A DNA stretch of 63,973 nucleotides, the filler included, from Octopus bimaculoides (taxonomy: Eukaryota), in NCBI RefSeq assembly GCF_001194135.2. It is 4 parts of 3 records of this genome, joined end to end, with 100 filler letters (N's around TTAATTAATTAA, not from the genome) between each part and the next. Parts side by side here need not be neighbours in the genome. Positions count along the whole stretch, not along the records: positions 37,152 to 53,889 come from NC_068984.1; positions 53,990 to 63,973 come from NC_068984.1; 2 more parts are not named here. One strand, 5' to 3'. Under the pieces are notes generated by a model, which saw nothing but the letters and a program-made list of their open reading frames with translations, had not been told where the DNA came from and ran no database searches. Shown here piece after piece: positions 50,382 to 61,570 of the stretch; the first letter of the stretch is position 1; the number at the start of each line of letters is the position of its first letter. A program made the translations under genes and the position numbers.

Positions 50382-50769
50382 TATCTCGACCGCTGATTTT
50401 CGGGCGATTACGGCCTCTGTCAGAATGTATGTACACAATTATATGCCTTGAGTGCAACATTAGAGCGTTTAGCTCTTATTTCTTCAATGTTGGTGTTTCT
50501 AACACCCTTAGTCAGCTTGTTTGGCAGAGGATGACCACATGATGGGGCTTAGAAATTTTTGTAAGCTCACCGCGTGAATGTCATGTGACAATAATTTTTG
50601 CGCCGAAAATTTAAAGCTGACATGATTAAGTGAACGTATCCCAAATAATCAAGACTCTCTAAATTCAATTTGTCAAGTGGCAGAGTGAAGAGGAATTGTT
50701 TGTATATAGGCATTAAATTTTTGCTAGATCTTTTTTGTTGTCCATGGGTTAGTGTCTCGTTATCGTTCC

Positions 50770-51500
50770 CTGCTTTACATTTAATAGCATATATTAAATT
50801 TTATGAGGAACAGGTAAAATGATTTTTTTTATGGTAAAAGTTTGTCCTGATTTAAATTTATATGTTTTATCTTCAATGTGGTTGATGCAAGTCCCGCAAT
50901 TAGAGCGGTCACAAATTTTGGTTGTGTTGTTGATGCGGGGTTTCTGGAAGGTAATTTAGAGCAGTTGGATAGTTCTTTGAACGATTTAAATATTTTGTAT
51001 ATTTTAAATATTTTGTGTATTTCGAGGGCTTGCTTGATTCTTGGGTTTTGTCTCAGTAGGGGAACAATCTGGTGGATAATGTTGTAAACCACTGTGTTTT
51101 GGGAGTTGTGAGTAATAAAGGTAGAGTATTGGCTGTCTCGAACTGTTTTTTGTATATCGTACTTCTCGAGCACATTCTATTCCGTTGTCTATTAACATTG
51201 AAGGATATTGTCTTTCAAGTAACATTTGTTTTAATTCCTGGAGTCTTTTATTACGAGTTTCATAATTTGAAACAATTGTGCAGATTCTTCATGCTGGATT
51301 AAATGGAAATTAAGCTTCGCGTGTTTGAAATGGCATGGGGATAACAGCAACTATTGTTTAGAATCTGTTGGTTTGCAGTGAATGTCTGTTCCAGTGTTTT
51401 TGCCTGTTTTGATTATTAGAATATCCAAGAATGATAGTTGAGTTTTACTGTATTCTATGGTGAAGTTAATACTAGTGTTTATGCTTGACAATTAGGTTTT
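50770..51500 (-). mobile_element. Neptune-like PLE fragment (RT C-terminus, Cys-rich linker, start of GIY-YIG)
   Basis: FTIEYSKTQLSFLDILI...TDIHCKPTDSKQ*LL...RRICTIVS...LLERQYP...; linker KICDRSNCGTC; NLIYAIKC. Confidence 0.85.
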
Positions 51501-52593
51501 GTGCGCGTCCACAAAATCAGGCAGTCATCTAAGTAATGTTTCCAGTTTTCTAGTAAATATTTACGGAAGTCCAAGCCGTATTTTAATTTACACAATCATA
51601 CATATATATAATACATATAATAAAACACACACACACACACACGCACATATACACACACATATGATATTATTATTATTATTGTTATTATTACACGCAACCA
51701 AGAATTATTTTTTTGTATGGTGTTGAGAAGTTAGTTTTGTAACTGATGTCGCTATTGTTTCTAAGTTTATAAATAACCATGTCTGTGTGTGGTCGTGTGT
51801 ATGTGTGTGTGTCCATATATATATAATAAGTAATAGATGTAATAGATTTTTTTTTTTAATTTGTCAATTCAATAGATAGCTTCATTGTTTTCTTTTCTTT
51901 ATTTTAAGCATTATAAAATATTAATGATCTCTTGCTTGGCTAGACATATGACCTATTTGCTACTTTATATAGAGACAGGCGTTATTGTTGCAAGTATGTG
52001 AGTAGATTACTGGTAAGTACTTTCTATCGATTAAAATGTTTAATTTTAAAGGCAAGTTTGAATACAGCTTCGGCAAGGAGGAACTAAATACTATGATACT
52101 ATGCAGTAAAGCATTCGAGAATATGGGGAAATTTGTGTTGTCAAGTGAGTGTTGGCAAAATGTAACATGTATTACAAGTGCAACAACGGAATAAATCTTA
52201 GCCATTAAATATGATTTATTCCACTGTTTCAACTATGTGAGTATTATACAGACAGCGGCTTTGGTGCTATATGAAAGAAAGACAGACTAACATGCAGAGA
52301 GAGGGGGGAAAAGTGGAAGAGGATGGTGATGATGATGATGATGATGATGATGATGCTGATGATGATGATGAGGAGGAGGAGGAGACGTGTATAAATATGA
52401 AATAAAGAGAGACAAGGAGATAATTTCTTTTTTTATGTAGAATCAAACAGAGAAAGGCTCAGTTCTTGAAACTCACACTGCCTCTCGGAAATAGAGTTGG
52501 TATACAAATCGTAATACTTACTGCAGGCTGATGAGTAGAACTAGCAGTTACTGCAGGTCTGGGTGTGTACGCACGCACGCACACACACACACG

Positions 52594-52644
<51 letters not shown>

Positions 52645-53236
52645 ACACACATACACACACACATACACATACACACGGTTGCACAGTTACGAGCACAGAC
52701 ACACACTCACACACATCACAAAATATCACATCAGTCATTTAAAACATCACTATTATCCACGTTCTCATCTATTCCTTATAAATATCATATACTACAAAGC
52801 TTCAAAAATGTTTCATCGCACATCTGTGACCTGGTCATTGACACAATTTTTATTGCATCTGTTAAGTCAGTCACTGACCAATATTTATAAACTGAGTATT
52901 TCCTCTCTTTCCTCTCTTTCCTTCTTTCTTCTCCCCCTCTCTTCTTTCTCACTTCTCTATCTCTTCCTTCTCTCTTTCTCTTCTCAATTTCAAAATTACA
53001 TTCCGTTGATGTACGGGAGTGGTTAATGATTTTTAAACGTCAGTTCCATATATAAAATTATTTATTTATGCGATGACTTCTTGTCCTTTAAATGTGACCT
53101 TTCTTTTTCTTTCTTTTCAAATTTTGACTTCGCGGCTTCAGAACCAATTATTTTTCATTCTTCTTCTCTTCTTCCACCTCATCCCTTTTCGAAACTGCTC
53201 TTCTGTTACATTTACGTGCTTGCCTCAGTGAAGACA

Positions 53237-53395
53237 ATGGATTGGCAGAATCATTAGAGCGTCGGTAAACAAAAGGATGCGATATTCGTTCCGTCTCTTT
53301 TCGTTCGGAGTTCAAATTCTGCCAATGCCACTTCACCTATCATTCTTTCGAAATCGACACAATTAAATACCAGTGAAATACAATGGTCCCTTCAT
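53237..53395 (+). mobile_element. SINE family B, degenerate
   Basis: ttggcagaatcattagagcgtcgg...cggagttcaaattctgcc...cattctttcgaaatcgacacaattaaatacc. Confidence 0.7.
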
Positions 53396-53506
53396 AAGGT
53401 CCAGTCCTTGTTACAGTGTAGTGACTACTTCCAAAGAAAAGAAAATCGCTTCAAGAGCATTTATAGTCTTGTCCAATTTAAAGCAATAATAATAATATAA
53501 ATAAAT

Positions 53507-53755
53507 GCGCCCTTTTTAAAGCCTAGCCAGGCTCATGGGCCCGGTTTCGCGGTTTCAATGGCGTATGTGTTCCCCAGCTGGACGGGACGCCAGTCCATCG
53601 CAGCGTTACTCATTTTTGCCAGCTGAGTGGACTGGAGCAATGTGAAATGAAGTGTTTTGCTCAAGAACACAACGCGTCACCTGGTCCAGGAATCGAAACC
53701 ATAATCTTACGATCATGATGCTGACACCCTAACCACTCAGCCACGCGCCTCCACA
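53507..53755 (-). mobile_element. SINE family C head and core with a different 3' tail
   Basis: Head gtggaggcgcgtggctgagtggttagg, core gtgttcttgagcaaaacacttc...ccagtccactcagctggc; tail gatggactggcgtcccgtccagctgggg differs from the 10424-10746 copy. Confidence 0.8.
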
Positions 53756-53889
53756 ATTTAAAGCAATAGCTCATTAAATGAATTCCCACAAAACAATGCT
53801 CAGGGTTCATATGACCCATGCGGAGGAAGGTCCATATAAGTTTTTTCCGTGAAAATTTATGCGTAATAAATTGCTTCTATTTCTTCATT

Positions 53890-53989
53890 NNNNNNNNNNN
53901 NNNNNNNNNNNNNNNNNNNNNNNNNNNNNNNNNTTAATTAATTAANNNNNNNNNNNNNNNNNNNNNNNNNNNNNNNNNNNNNNNNNNNN
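53890..53989. other. Artificial joining spacer (44 N + TTAATTAATTAA + 44 N)
   Basis: Same as 17734-17833. Confidence 0.9.
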
Positions 53990-54111
53990 TATAGTTCTGG
54001 TATGATCTCTTAAGAATGTAGTAGAGTATAGTATAAAGCTCGTAGTATTATGCGTACTTCCAAGTTTGCGTTTGGGCTTCTGTCGTGTGTGAATAGATTA
54101 TTGAAAACGAC

Positions 54112-54458
54112 GAATCAACAAGAAAGAGTACGATTGGATATTTATTTACAATCACTGCTGTTGTTTCTACGCAACGTAGTTCTCCAGTCGTACAGGTACT
54201 TGATTATGCAACCGTTTTTCCTGCATTATGAGATCTAGTAGTTGTGTTTCCTCGATATTCTTCAATTCTTTAAAATGTTCCAGCTTCAAAGCTGCGGCTA
54301 TGCTGGGGCGTAAATATTGTCTCCGTGATTTCAACTAGAGTTTGTAATGCAGGTGAACGGTTACATAATCAAGTATCTGTACGCCTGGAGAACTATGTTG
54401 AGTAGAAACAATTGTAGTGATTGAAAATAAATGTCCAACCGTACTCGTTGTTGACTCC
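54112..54458. repeat. Fold-back inverted repeat (arms about 125 bp, spacer about 93 bp)
   Basis: 54112-54240 is the reverse complement of 54334-54458 (gagtacgattggatatttatt...gtagttctccag...cttgattatg...cctgcatta...tctagt). Confidence 0.85.
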
Positions 54459-54599
54459 AATTCTTTCAATTATACATACATACATACATACATACATACA
54501 TACATACATACATACATACATACATACATACGTAAAAGTCAAACGATGATAATGAGTGCTCAACACCGATTTGATGGATATAATTTCTTTATTTGTGAA

Positions 54600-55740
54600 T
54601 TAAGTCTACCATTGGTTTCATGTTAATAAAAGTAGGAAAATATCCTAGTGTCTTAACAATTTTTCAGGCCGATTACATGGAGAAAGGTGTTTGCCTCCAG
54701 TTTGGAAAACAGTCTCGTTTAGTTCACGGGGTTTCTCGTAAGTTAACGTGAATAAAACAATGAATCAATGAATGAAGATCCGTTACTGTTGGATGTTTGT
54801 TTCCCTTGGATTTGTCTTTTGGGCAAACTTTGTGTCGTCAGTTTGCATGCAGTATTTTGTTTTTGTTCTGAGCATGGTGTTCTTATACTTGTGTGCTGGG
54901 GTTGTTTGTTATTGGGGAATATTTCTTCTTTGTGTGGAGTTCGTGTGCTATGTGTGTTCACGTTTAGGAAAGGTGCTACTCTGGTGATGTTACCGTCGCA
55001 GATGGGGGTTTTTCTTTGAAACATTTGAATGCAAAATATTGGTTGTATATGCAAGGAGAGAAGGTTTCATCCCTAACGTTTAGGATGTTATTTGGTAATT
55101 GTATAATGTTTAATATTTCAGTAATACAGATTTCACGTTTGATACCCCGTCCGCAACCCCTAGATAGAATGGAAAATTATTGCTAAAGCCCAAAAATACA
55201 AAGGACGGGATATCAAATGTGAACTCTGTATTACTGAAAAATTAAGCATTATACAATGGACAGATAACATCCTAAACATTGGGGATGAAACCTTATTTCT
55301 CAGCATACACAACCAATATTTTGCACTCAGATATTTCAAAGAAGAACCCCTATCTGCGACGGTAACCCCAGTAGGAACACACATAGCACACAAACTCTAC
55401 ACAAAGAAGAAATATGCCCCAATGATGAACAACCCCAGCACACAAGTGTATGAACACCATTCCCAGAATAAAAGCAAAATATTGCAAACAAATTGACCAC
55501 AAAAAAATTGCCCAAAAGACAAATCCAAGGGAAACATACATCCAAAAGATACCACTCAGGAGTGACGATACATTGATTCATTGTTTATTCACATGAATTT
55601 ACGAGAACCTCTGTGAGCAAAACAAGACTGTTTTCCAAACTGGAGGCTTAAACCTTTCTCCATGTGATTGACTTGAAAAATTAAGGCACTAGAATATTTT
55701 CCTACTTTTAATTACATGAAACCAATGGTAGCCTCGATCC
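54600..55740 (+). mobile_element. PLE 3' end as a large palindrome (inverted copy + direct copy)
   Basis: 54606-55152 is the reverse complement of 55203-55730. IEWKIIAKAQKYKGRDIKCELCITEK...ILNIGDE (and LNVRDETFSPC in the other arm) is the GIY-YIG C-terminus. Hammerhead-like motifs lie at both outer ends. Confidence 0.85.
55666..55739 (+). ncRNA. Hammerhead-like motif with UUGAAAA core (inverted copy at 54600-54674 has CUGAAAA)
   Basis: UUGAAAA at 55673-55679; consensus stem II AUGUUAA/UUAACAU from the two copies; GAAA at 55718-55721; palindromic ACCAAUGGU; cleavage triplet GUA; imperfect stem I. Confidence 0.5.
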
Positions 55741-55940
55741 ATATATACATACATACATATATACATATTTATATATATACAAATATATANNNNNNNNNNN
55801 NNNNNNNNNNNNNNNNNNNNNNNNTATGCTAGAAAGAGGTCATCAACGACCCAACCACAAAGAAAAATAATGTTCTCTAGAAAAAATTTCGCAAAACACC
55901 AGAACAGGACAAAATGAGAAATATACAGAATAAAGAATTA

Positions 55941-56010
55941 GCTGTGTACTGCAGTTTCGAACATTAACGTTTTACTTACGTAACAACATCCGCGTTCTCG
56001 TCAGCACAGC
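55941..56010 (-). ncRNA. Canonical type I hammerhead ribozyme, apparently intact
   Basis: GCUGUG CUGACGA GAAC[...]GUUC GAA ACUGCAGU A CACAGC. Perfect 6-bp stem I, full core, palindromic stem III, GUA cleavage triplet. Confidence 0.88.
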
Positions 56011-57179
56011 CGTTCTAGAATCATTATAATTTGCAGAACTATACACGAATTGTCTTCATGAAATAAGACTTGTATACAGTTCTACCGATTACATTGAGGC
56101 TATTTTTCAAAATGCCTCAGCTCTGGCACGCCAGATTCCGGAAAGAATTCTGCTGAGAATAATTCACTGCAGTATACGTTGCCGGCTGGAGAACATAACT
56201 ATTTAAATTATTATTTATATAGATAGGGTGATAAATTGAGTATTAATTCAATTTAAAACCAAGTGGCCTAGCATATAAAAAAATCTGAAAATTCAGAAAA
56301 AATTGTATTACACGTGTATAGGGGATGACCTCTAGGTGGACATCCAATATGCTAGAAAAAGGTCATCAACGACCCAACCACAAAGAAAAATAATGTTCTC
56401 CAGAAAAAAAATTCGCAAAACACCAGAACAGGACAAAATGAGAAATATACAGAATAAAGAATTAGCTGTATACTGCAGTTTCGAACATTAGGGATTTGAA
56501 TGCCTTCAGTAATTGTGTTTCGAATTTCGTCATGAAGACATTAGCGAATTATCTGCCATGGGGGTACCCATGGCACAACCCCTCGTCTGCTGGTAAAATT
56601 TTCGTCCAAACTTCATTGTGTTACTTTGCAACACAAACCTCAATAACCTAGAAAAGATAAGATGGAATACTTTTGTGTGACCATTTTTCGAAGGCATTCA
56701 TGTATGCTTCTACCCCTTCATCGTAGTCAATATTGGGATGGTTACTAAAAAATCAGTTATCGATATTGCGTCGGTGCTTAAAAAGTTGTTGATTTTAGAC
56801 ACAAAATCAAGAGTATCCCGAATATAGGAACTTGATCTTTTTGTGACAAGGAGTAGAAAGCCGTGCACCCACTCCGAAATTTGGGCTGTACAACATTCAT
56901 ATCCGCTGCAAATTGGGCGCATTGGAGGAAATCTTTCGAAGTTTTTGTGTATTTTGGGGAAACCATAAAACCTGGATTCAGCCTTATTAATGAAATTGTT
57001 TTCCTCCATTTCCAGAACTATTTTGTCAAGTTCCTCTCTGTACTGTAATTGGGGTTTTGGATCGCCAGGTAATTCTTCATATCAAAACTTCTTCACAAAT
57101 CAAAATATGCTCACTCTCGTCCATGATTACAATAGCGTCTCCTTTATCCGCCATTTTAAATAGCAATAGAATCATTATT

Positions 57180-57387
57180 CTTTTCTACTCTAGGCACAAG
57201 GCTCGAAATTTTGGGGGAGAGGAGCCAGTCGATTAGATCGATCCTAGTACGTAACTGGTACTTAATTTATCGACCCCGAAAGACAAAGTCGACTTCGGTG
57301 AAATTTGAACTCAGAACGGAAAAACAGACGAAATATCGCGAAGCATTTCGCCCGGCGTGCTAACGTTTCTGCCAGCTCGCCGCCTTA
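57180..57387 (-). mobile_element. SINE family B inserted into the PLE with a 15-bp target-site duplication
   Basis: TSD aat(a/t)gaatcattatt at 57165-57179 and 57387-57401. Confidence 0.9.
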
Positions 57388-57717
57388 ATTGAATCATTAT
57401 TAGCTAGAAGACGGAGTGCGTAACGCTGGAAATCTGTGAGGTTATTCCAGGGCTTCTTTCCACTTGTTTTAAGGCTTTCCTTAATGCCTGTAAAACCTTG
57501 GTGACGACTTTGCCTGCTGTTATACCTTTTTAAAAATCCACATGNNNNNNNNNNNNNNNNNNNNNNNNNNNNNNNNNNNNNNNNNNNNNNNNNNNNNNNN
57601 NNNNNNNNNNNNNNNNNNNNNNNNNNNNNNNNNNNNNNNNNNNNNNNNNNNNNNNNNNNNNNNNNNNNNNNNNNNNNNNNNNNNNNNNNNNNNNNNNNNN
57701 NNNNNNNNNNNNNNNNN

Positions 57718-57912
57718 TTCTCTCTCTTTCTCTCTCTCTCTCTTCCTCTTCTTCTTCTTCTCTCTTTCCCTCACTCCATCTTTCGCTTTCGCCCCCTTCC
57801 TCTCTTTTCCACTCTCCCTCATCCCATCGCTCTCTTTCTCTCCCTTCCTCTCTCTTTCCCTCTCTCTCTCTCTCTGTCTCTCTCTCTCTGTATCTATCTA
57901 TTTCTCTCTCTC

Positions 57913-57950
<38 letters not shown>
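57718..57950. repeat. (CT)n-rich polypyrimidine tract
   Basis: Directly visible. Confidence 0.9.
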
Positions 57951-57953
<3 letters not shown>

Positions 57954-58626
57954 AAGAAATTGACTATGGGTGAACCTTTAGTGGGACGGGCTCCGTCAGG
58001 TCTAAAAGTTCCGGAGACATTCTGTATGTCACAACAACGCGCCAACGATTCCATCAAGGAACTGAATCCCCAAGACAAGGCAAAGTAAAATAAAGGACAA
58101 TTATGTATTAGGATCCAGTTAATCGATTAATCTCTTACCACAAATTTGCGATGTTTTGTCGATGTTGGAAACCATAACTGCACGCTAAATAAACTTGAAA
58201 GAAAAGAAGAAATATTGTGGAATAAACCATCGACAATAAAATAAATACTTTCTCATTCAAACCTTAATCTATGTATCTGCGTCTCTTCCTCTCCTCGGCC
58301 ACACATTGCATTTCTTATAGACACTAATCTAAGTACTTTTATCCTAATCTTCTTCTGTATCTGTCTACAGAGGGTTACAAGTGAATATTGCAATATTGAT
58401 TAGCCTAGTCTGCTACAAAGGACACGAGCCAACCTGCTTCAGATGGCAACTAAATCTCTCTTAAGTTTCACCCTAATGTCTTATCATAAGAGAGGATATG
58501 TAGCTAAAAATAAATAAAAATGGGATAACACCGGATTCGCTGCCTTTAGTCTAAACAACTGCAACCACATCGATCTCATTAGTTAGGGAGGATTTGTGAG
58601 AGCTATGAACACAACTCCGTCAACCG

Positions 58627-58788
58627 CGTGCCATGTGGTAAGTAGCCTGCTTACCAACCACATGGTTCCGGGTTCAGTCCCACTGCGTGGCACCTTGGGC
58701 AAGTGTCTTCTACTATAGTCTCGGGACGACCAAAGCCTTGTGAGTGGATTTGGTAGACGGAAATTGAAAGAAGCCCGTCGTATATATG

Positions 58789-58824
<36 letters not shown>

Positions 58825-59230
58825 NNNNNNNNNNNNNNNNNNNNNNNNNNNNNNNNNNNNNNNNNNNNNNNNNNNNNNNNNNNNNNNNNNNNNNNNNNNN
58901 NNNNNNNNNNNNNNNNNNNNNNNNNNNNNNNNNNNNNNNNNNNNNNNNNNNNNNNNNNNNNNNNNNNNNNNNNNNNNNNNNNNNNNNNNNNNNNNNNNNN
59001 NNNNNNNNNNNNNNNNNNNNNNNNNNNNNNNGTTTGTCCCCCCACCCCACCATCGCTTGACAACCGATGCTGGTGTGTTTACGTCCCCGTAACTTAGCGG
59101 TTCGGCAAAAGAGACCGATAGAATAAGTACTAGGCTTACAAAGAATAAGTCCTGGGGTCGATTTTCTCGACTAAAAGGCGGTGCTCCAGCATGGCCACAG
59201 TCAAATGACTGAAACAAGTAAAAGAGTATA
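58627..59230 (+). mobile_element. SINE family A, full length, internal microsatellite in the gap
   Basis: tRNA-like head (B-box ggttcagtcc), CORE-like gcaccttgggcaagtgtcttc, (TA)n plus gap, and tail ending cagtcaaatgactgaaacaagtaaaagag. Confidence 0.92.
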
Positions 59231-59456
59231 TATATATATATATAATTCGTTCACGTTTCTATCTTAGGAAGGGGAGACAAAGACAGAAATGAACGTAAAT
59301 AACTAAGGGAAGTAATTAAGTGGTTGTAGATGAGAATTATATCCCTTGCATAAAACTAACTTTTCAGCTTGAAATAGAGAGTGAAGTGGAGGAATAGAAA
59401 TAGATGTGAGATATGCAGGTTTATTGTATCTGCAGTTTCATTATTTAAGCAGAATG

Positions 59457-59548
59457 ATATACATTATTTACATTATTTACAATTGACGGATATTTGTCCT
59501 CATCTTGTTTGTTGTTAACACAACGTTTCGGTTGATATACCCTCCAAG
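59457..59548 (-). mobile_element. Truncated tail of the tRNA/HHR element with an intact 3' half of the hammerhead
   Basis: Minus strand ggagggtatatcaaccGAAACGTTGTGTTaacaacaaacaagatgaggacaaatatcc matches 2840-2925. Confidence 0.85.
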
Positions 59549-60614
59549 GGGTACAGTGAACTTGCGGTGAGGAGTGGAATATTTTAAGCTGGATGAAAAG
59601 TGTTACTAATAATAATGACTGCAGCATAACACTCATATAAATCAGTTATAACCACCTAAGATAGATAGTAGGTATTTAGCAAGGGTGTAAAAATATACTA
59701 TCTATAGAATGTAATGACATCAGACTCTAAAAATCATATCTTCGTCTGCGACGAAGAACATTTTCCTACATTCTTCGATGATCGGATTACCGAGAAAAAA
59801 ACAATTTTTGTATTTGTATTTTGTTAAATCACTGTTCCTATGTCAATCTGTAAAAAAAAATACCATAGAACGAAATGTAAAATATAGATCAAAAGAATTC
59901 TTGAATCAAATTAGTCCTCTGATAAGAATCTCATTCAATATGTTTTGCCATATTAAGGAGAAATAAATTAAGATGAATTCTCTTAAAAGGCAAACTTATT
60001 CGTCTAATGGCACAAAGTTCACATCTCAGTATTACGCTTCATGAAAAAGTGAATGTTTGATATCTAAGTCATAATTATTTTAAACACAACTATTACCTAT
60101 GCTGGGATCTCGCACAGAATTTTAAAAGGTATTTCATACAATAAAAGCTATAACAAATGAAATTTACTAATAAAAAGAACATGATATAGTACCATAAATA
60201 TAATGCTGTAATGTTCCATAAAAATTTGAGTGTACATTGCCGATTCCGAAACAAATATTTCAGACATTTTCTGTGAAGTATGAAGTCTTTTTATATCACG
60301 ATTCCGTAATGAAAAACCAAATTTTGTAAGGGAGATAAATTATGTCAATATCAAAGAGAGAGTACTTAGAAGAGTTTAAAACTTAAACAGTGAAGGCAAA
60401 ATATTAGGTTGTAATAGAATATCACAAAGAAGAAAAACATCTCCTGATTCAAGAGAAGCCCCTCATCCGTGTAAATGAAAGTAATGAATTGTAAGACTTT
60501 GGAAGAAACAGAGGAAGTAGAGTCTCTGCTGTGTACGTTACTCAACTGATTTTTACTGATAGGGACCACCATTAATCCCCTTGGAATTTGGTGATTTAGT
60601 CCTGAAATTCATCT

Positions 60615-60997
60615 TTTATCTTTTATTTGTTTTAGTCATTGGATTGAGGAGCATAGCCTTGAAGGGTTTTTAGTCGAATGAATCAACACTAATGCTTTTT
60701 TTAAGCCAGGTACTTATTTTATCAGTTTCTTTGGCCGTTCTGCTAGATTACGGGGTTGTAAATAAACCAACACGGGTTATCAAGCGATGAGAAGGGGACA
60801 AAGATAAGCGCGCGCGCACACACACACACACATACACACACACACGACGGACTTCTTTCAGTTTCCGTCTACAAAATCCACTCAAATGGTCCCAGAGCTG
60901 TTGTAAAAGACACTTGTCCGAGGTGCAACACAGGTGGACTGAACCGGGAACCATGTGGTTGGGAAGCTAACTTTTTAGCACACAGCTACGCCTGCGC
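60615..60997 (-). mobile_element. SINE family A, near full length
   Basis: Tail, (CA)n and head ending agctacgcctgcgc. Confidence 0.85.
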
Positions 60998-61394
60998 TTC
61001 TGAAACTATATTAATGTTCCTTGCAGGGAAACGAACTCGAGACGCCAGAGTGAAAGCTAAGAACCCTAACCACTAAACCACATGGAAACGCTAAATATAT
61101 ATTTCTCATCACCAGTAACCTCAATTTTTGCTATATTGTTTTTGTTTTTGTTTTTTAATACCGAATTTATTTATACTTGGTTTTACATTACATTGTAATA
61201 GAATGTCCTAAGGAGAAGAGATACTTCATGATTCAAGAGGAGCGGGGAGTATCTGAATAACGACAATTATAAATAGAAAGGTCTCGGCGGAAACAGAAAT
61301 CTTAGCACTGATTCGATTCAGATTTTCCTTGTTTTATTATTATTACTACTACCTTTCTCCCAGTATTTCAGGCCCTGTGCCTATAGTAAAAAGG

Positions 61395-61448
<54 letters not shown>

Positions 61449-61570
61449 GTTACCTTTGCACAGCTTCTAACGTTGGAGATGTAATACAGCTATGTGACAC
61501 ACGAACCTGTGTCCGTTAGAGAGACTTAGATATATTAATATTTCTATATACATATACTATATATATATAA

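Larger units (their letters stand above)
55825..57540 (-). mobile_element. Neptune-like PLE: RT N-terminal fragment joined to tandem pseudo-LTR repeats
   Basis: NNLTDFQRYALRLLANNDSI / ADKGDAIVIMD / FYGFPKIHK / RPICSG / SYIRDTLDF / GCAMGTPMA.NFANVFM. 55825-55966 is repeated at about 56348-56490. Confidence 0.85.

Noticed and set aside
52520-52560. CTGATGA-GTAG...TTAC possible hammerhead
   Set aside because: No GAAA after the putative stem II, and no stem I or III.
57969-58090. Short ORF MGEPLVGRAPSGLKVPETFCMSQQRANDSIKELNPQDKAK
   Set aside because: About 40 codons, no recognisable motif and no convincing splice donor.
60440-60480. Minus-strand CGGATGAGGGG plus hairpin resembling a hammerhead 5' half
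   Set aside because: Core is mutated and GAAA and stem III are absent.
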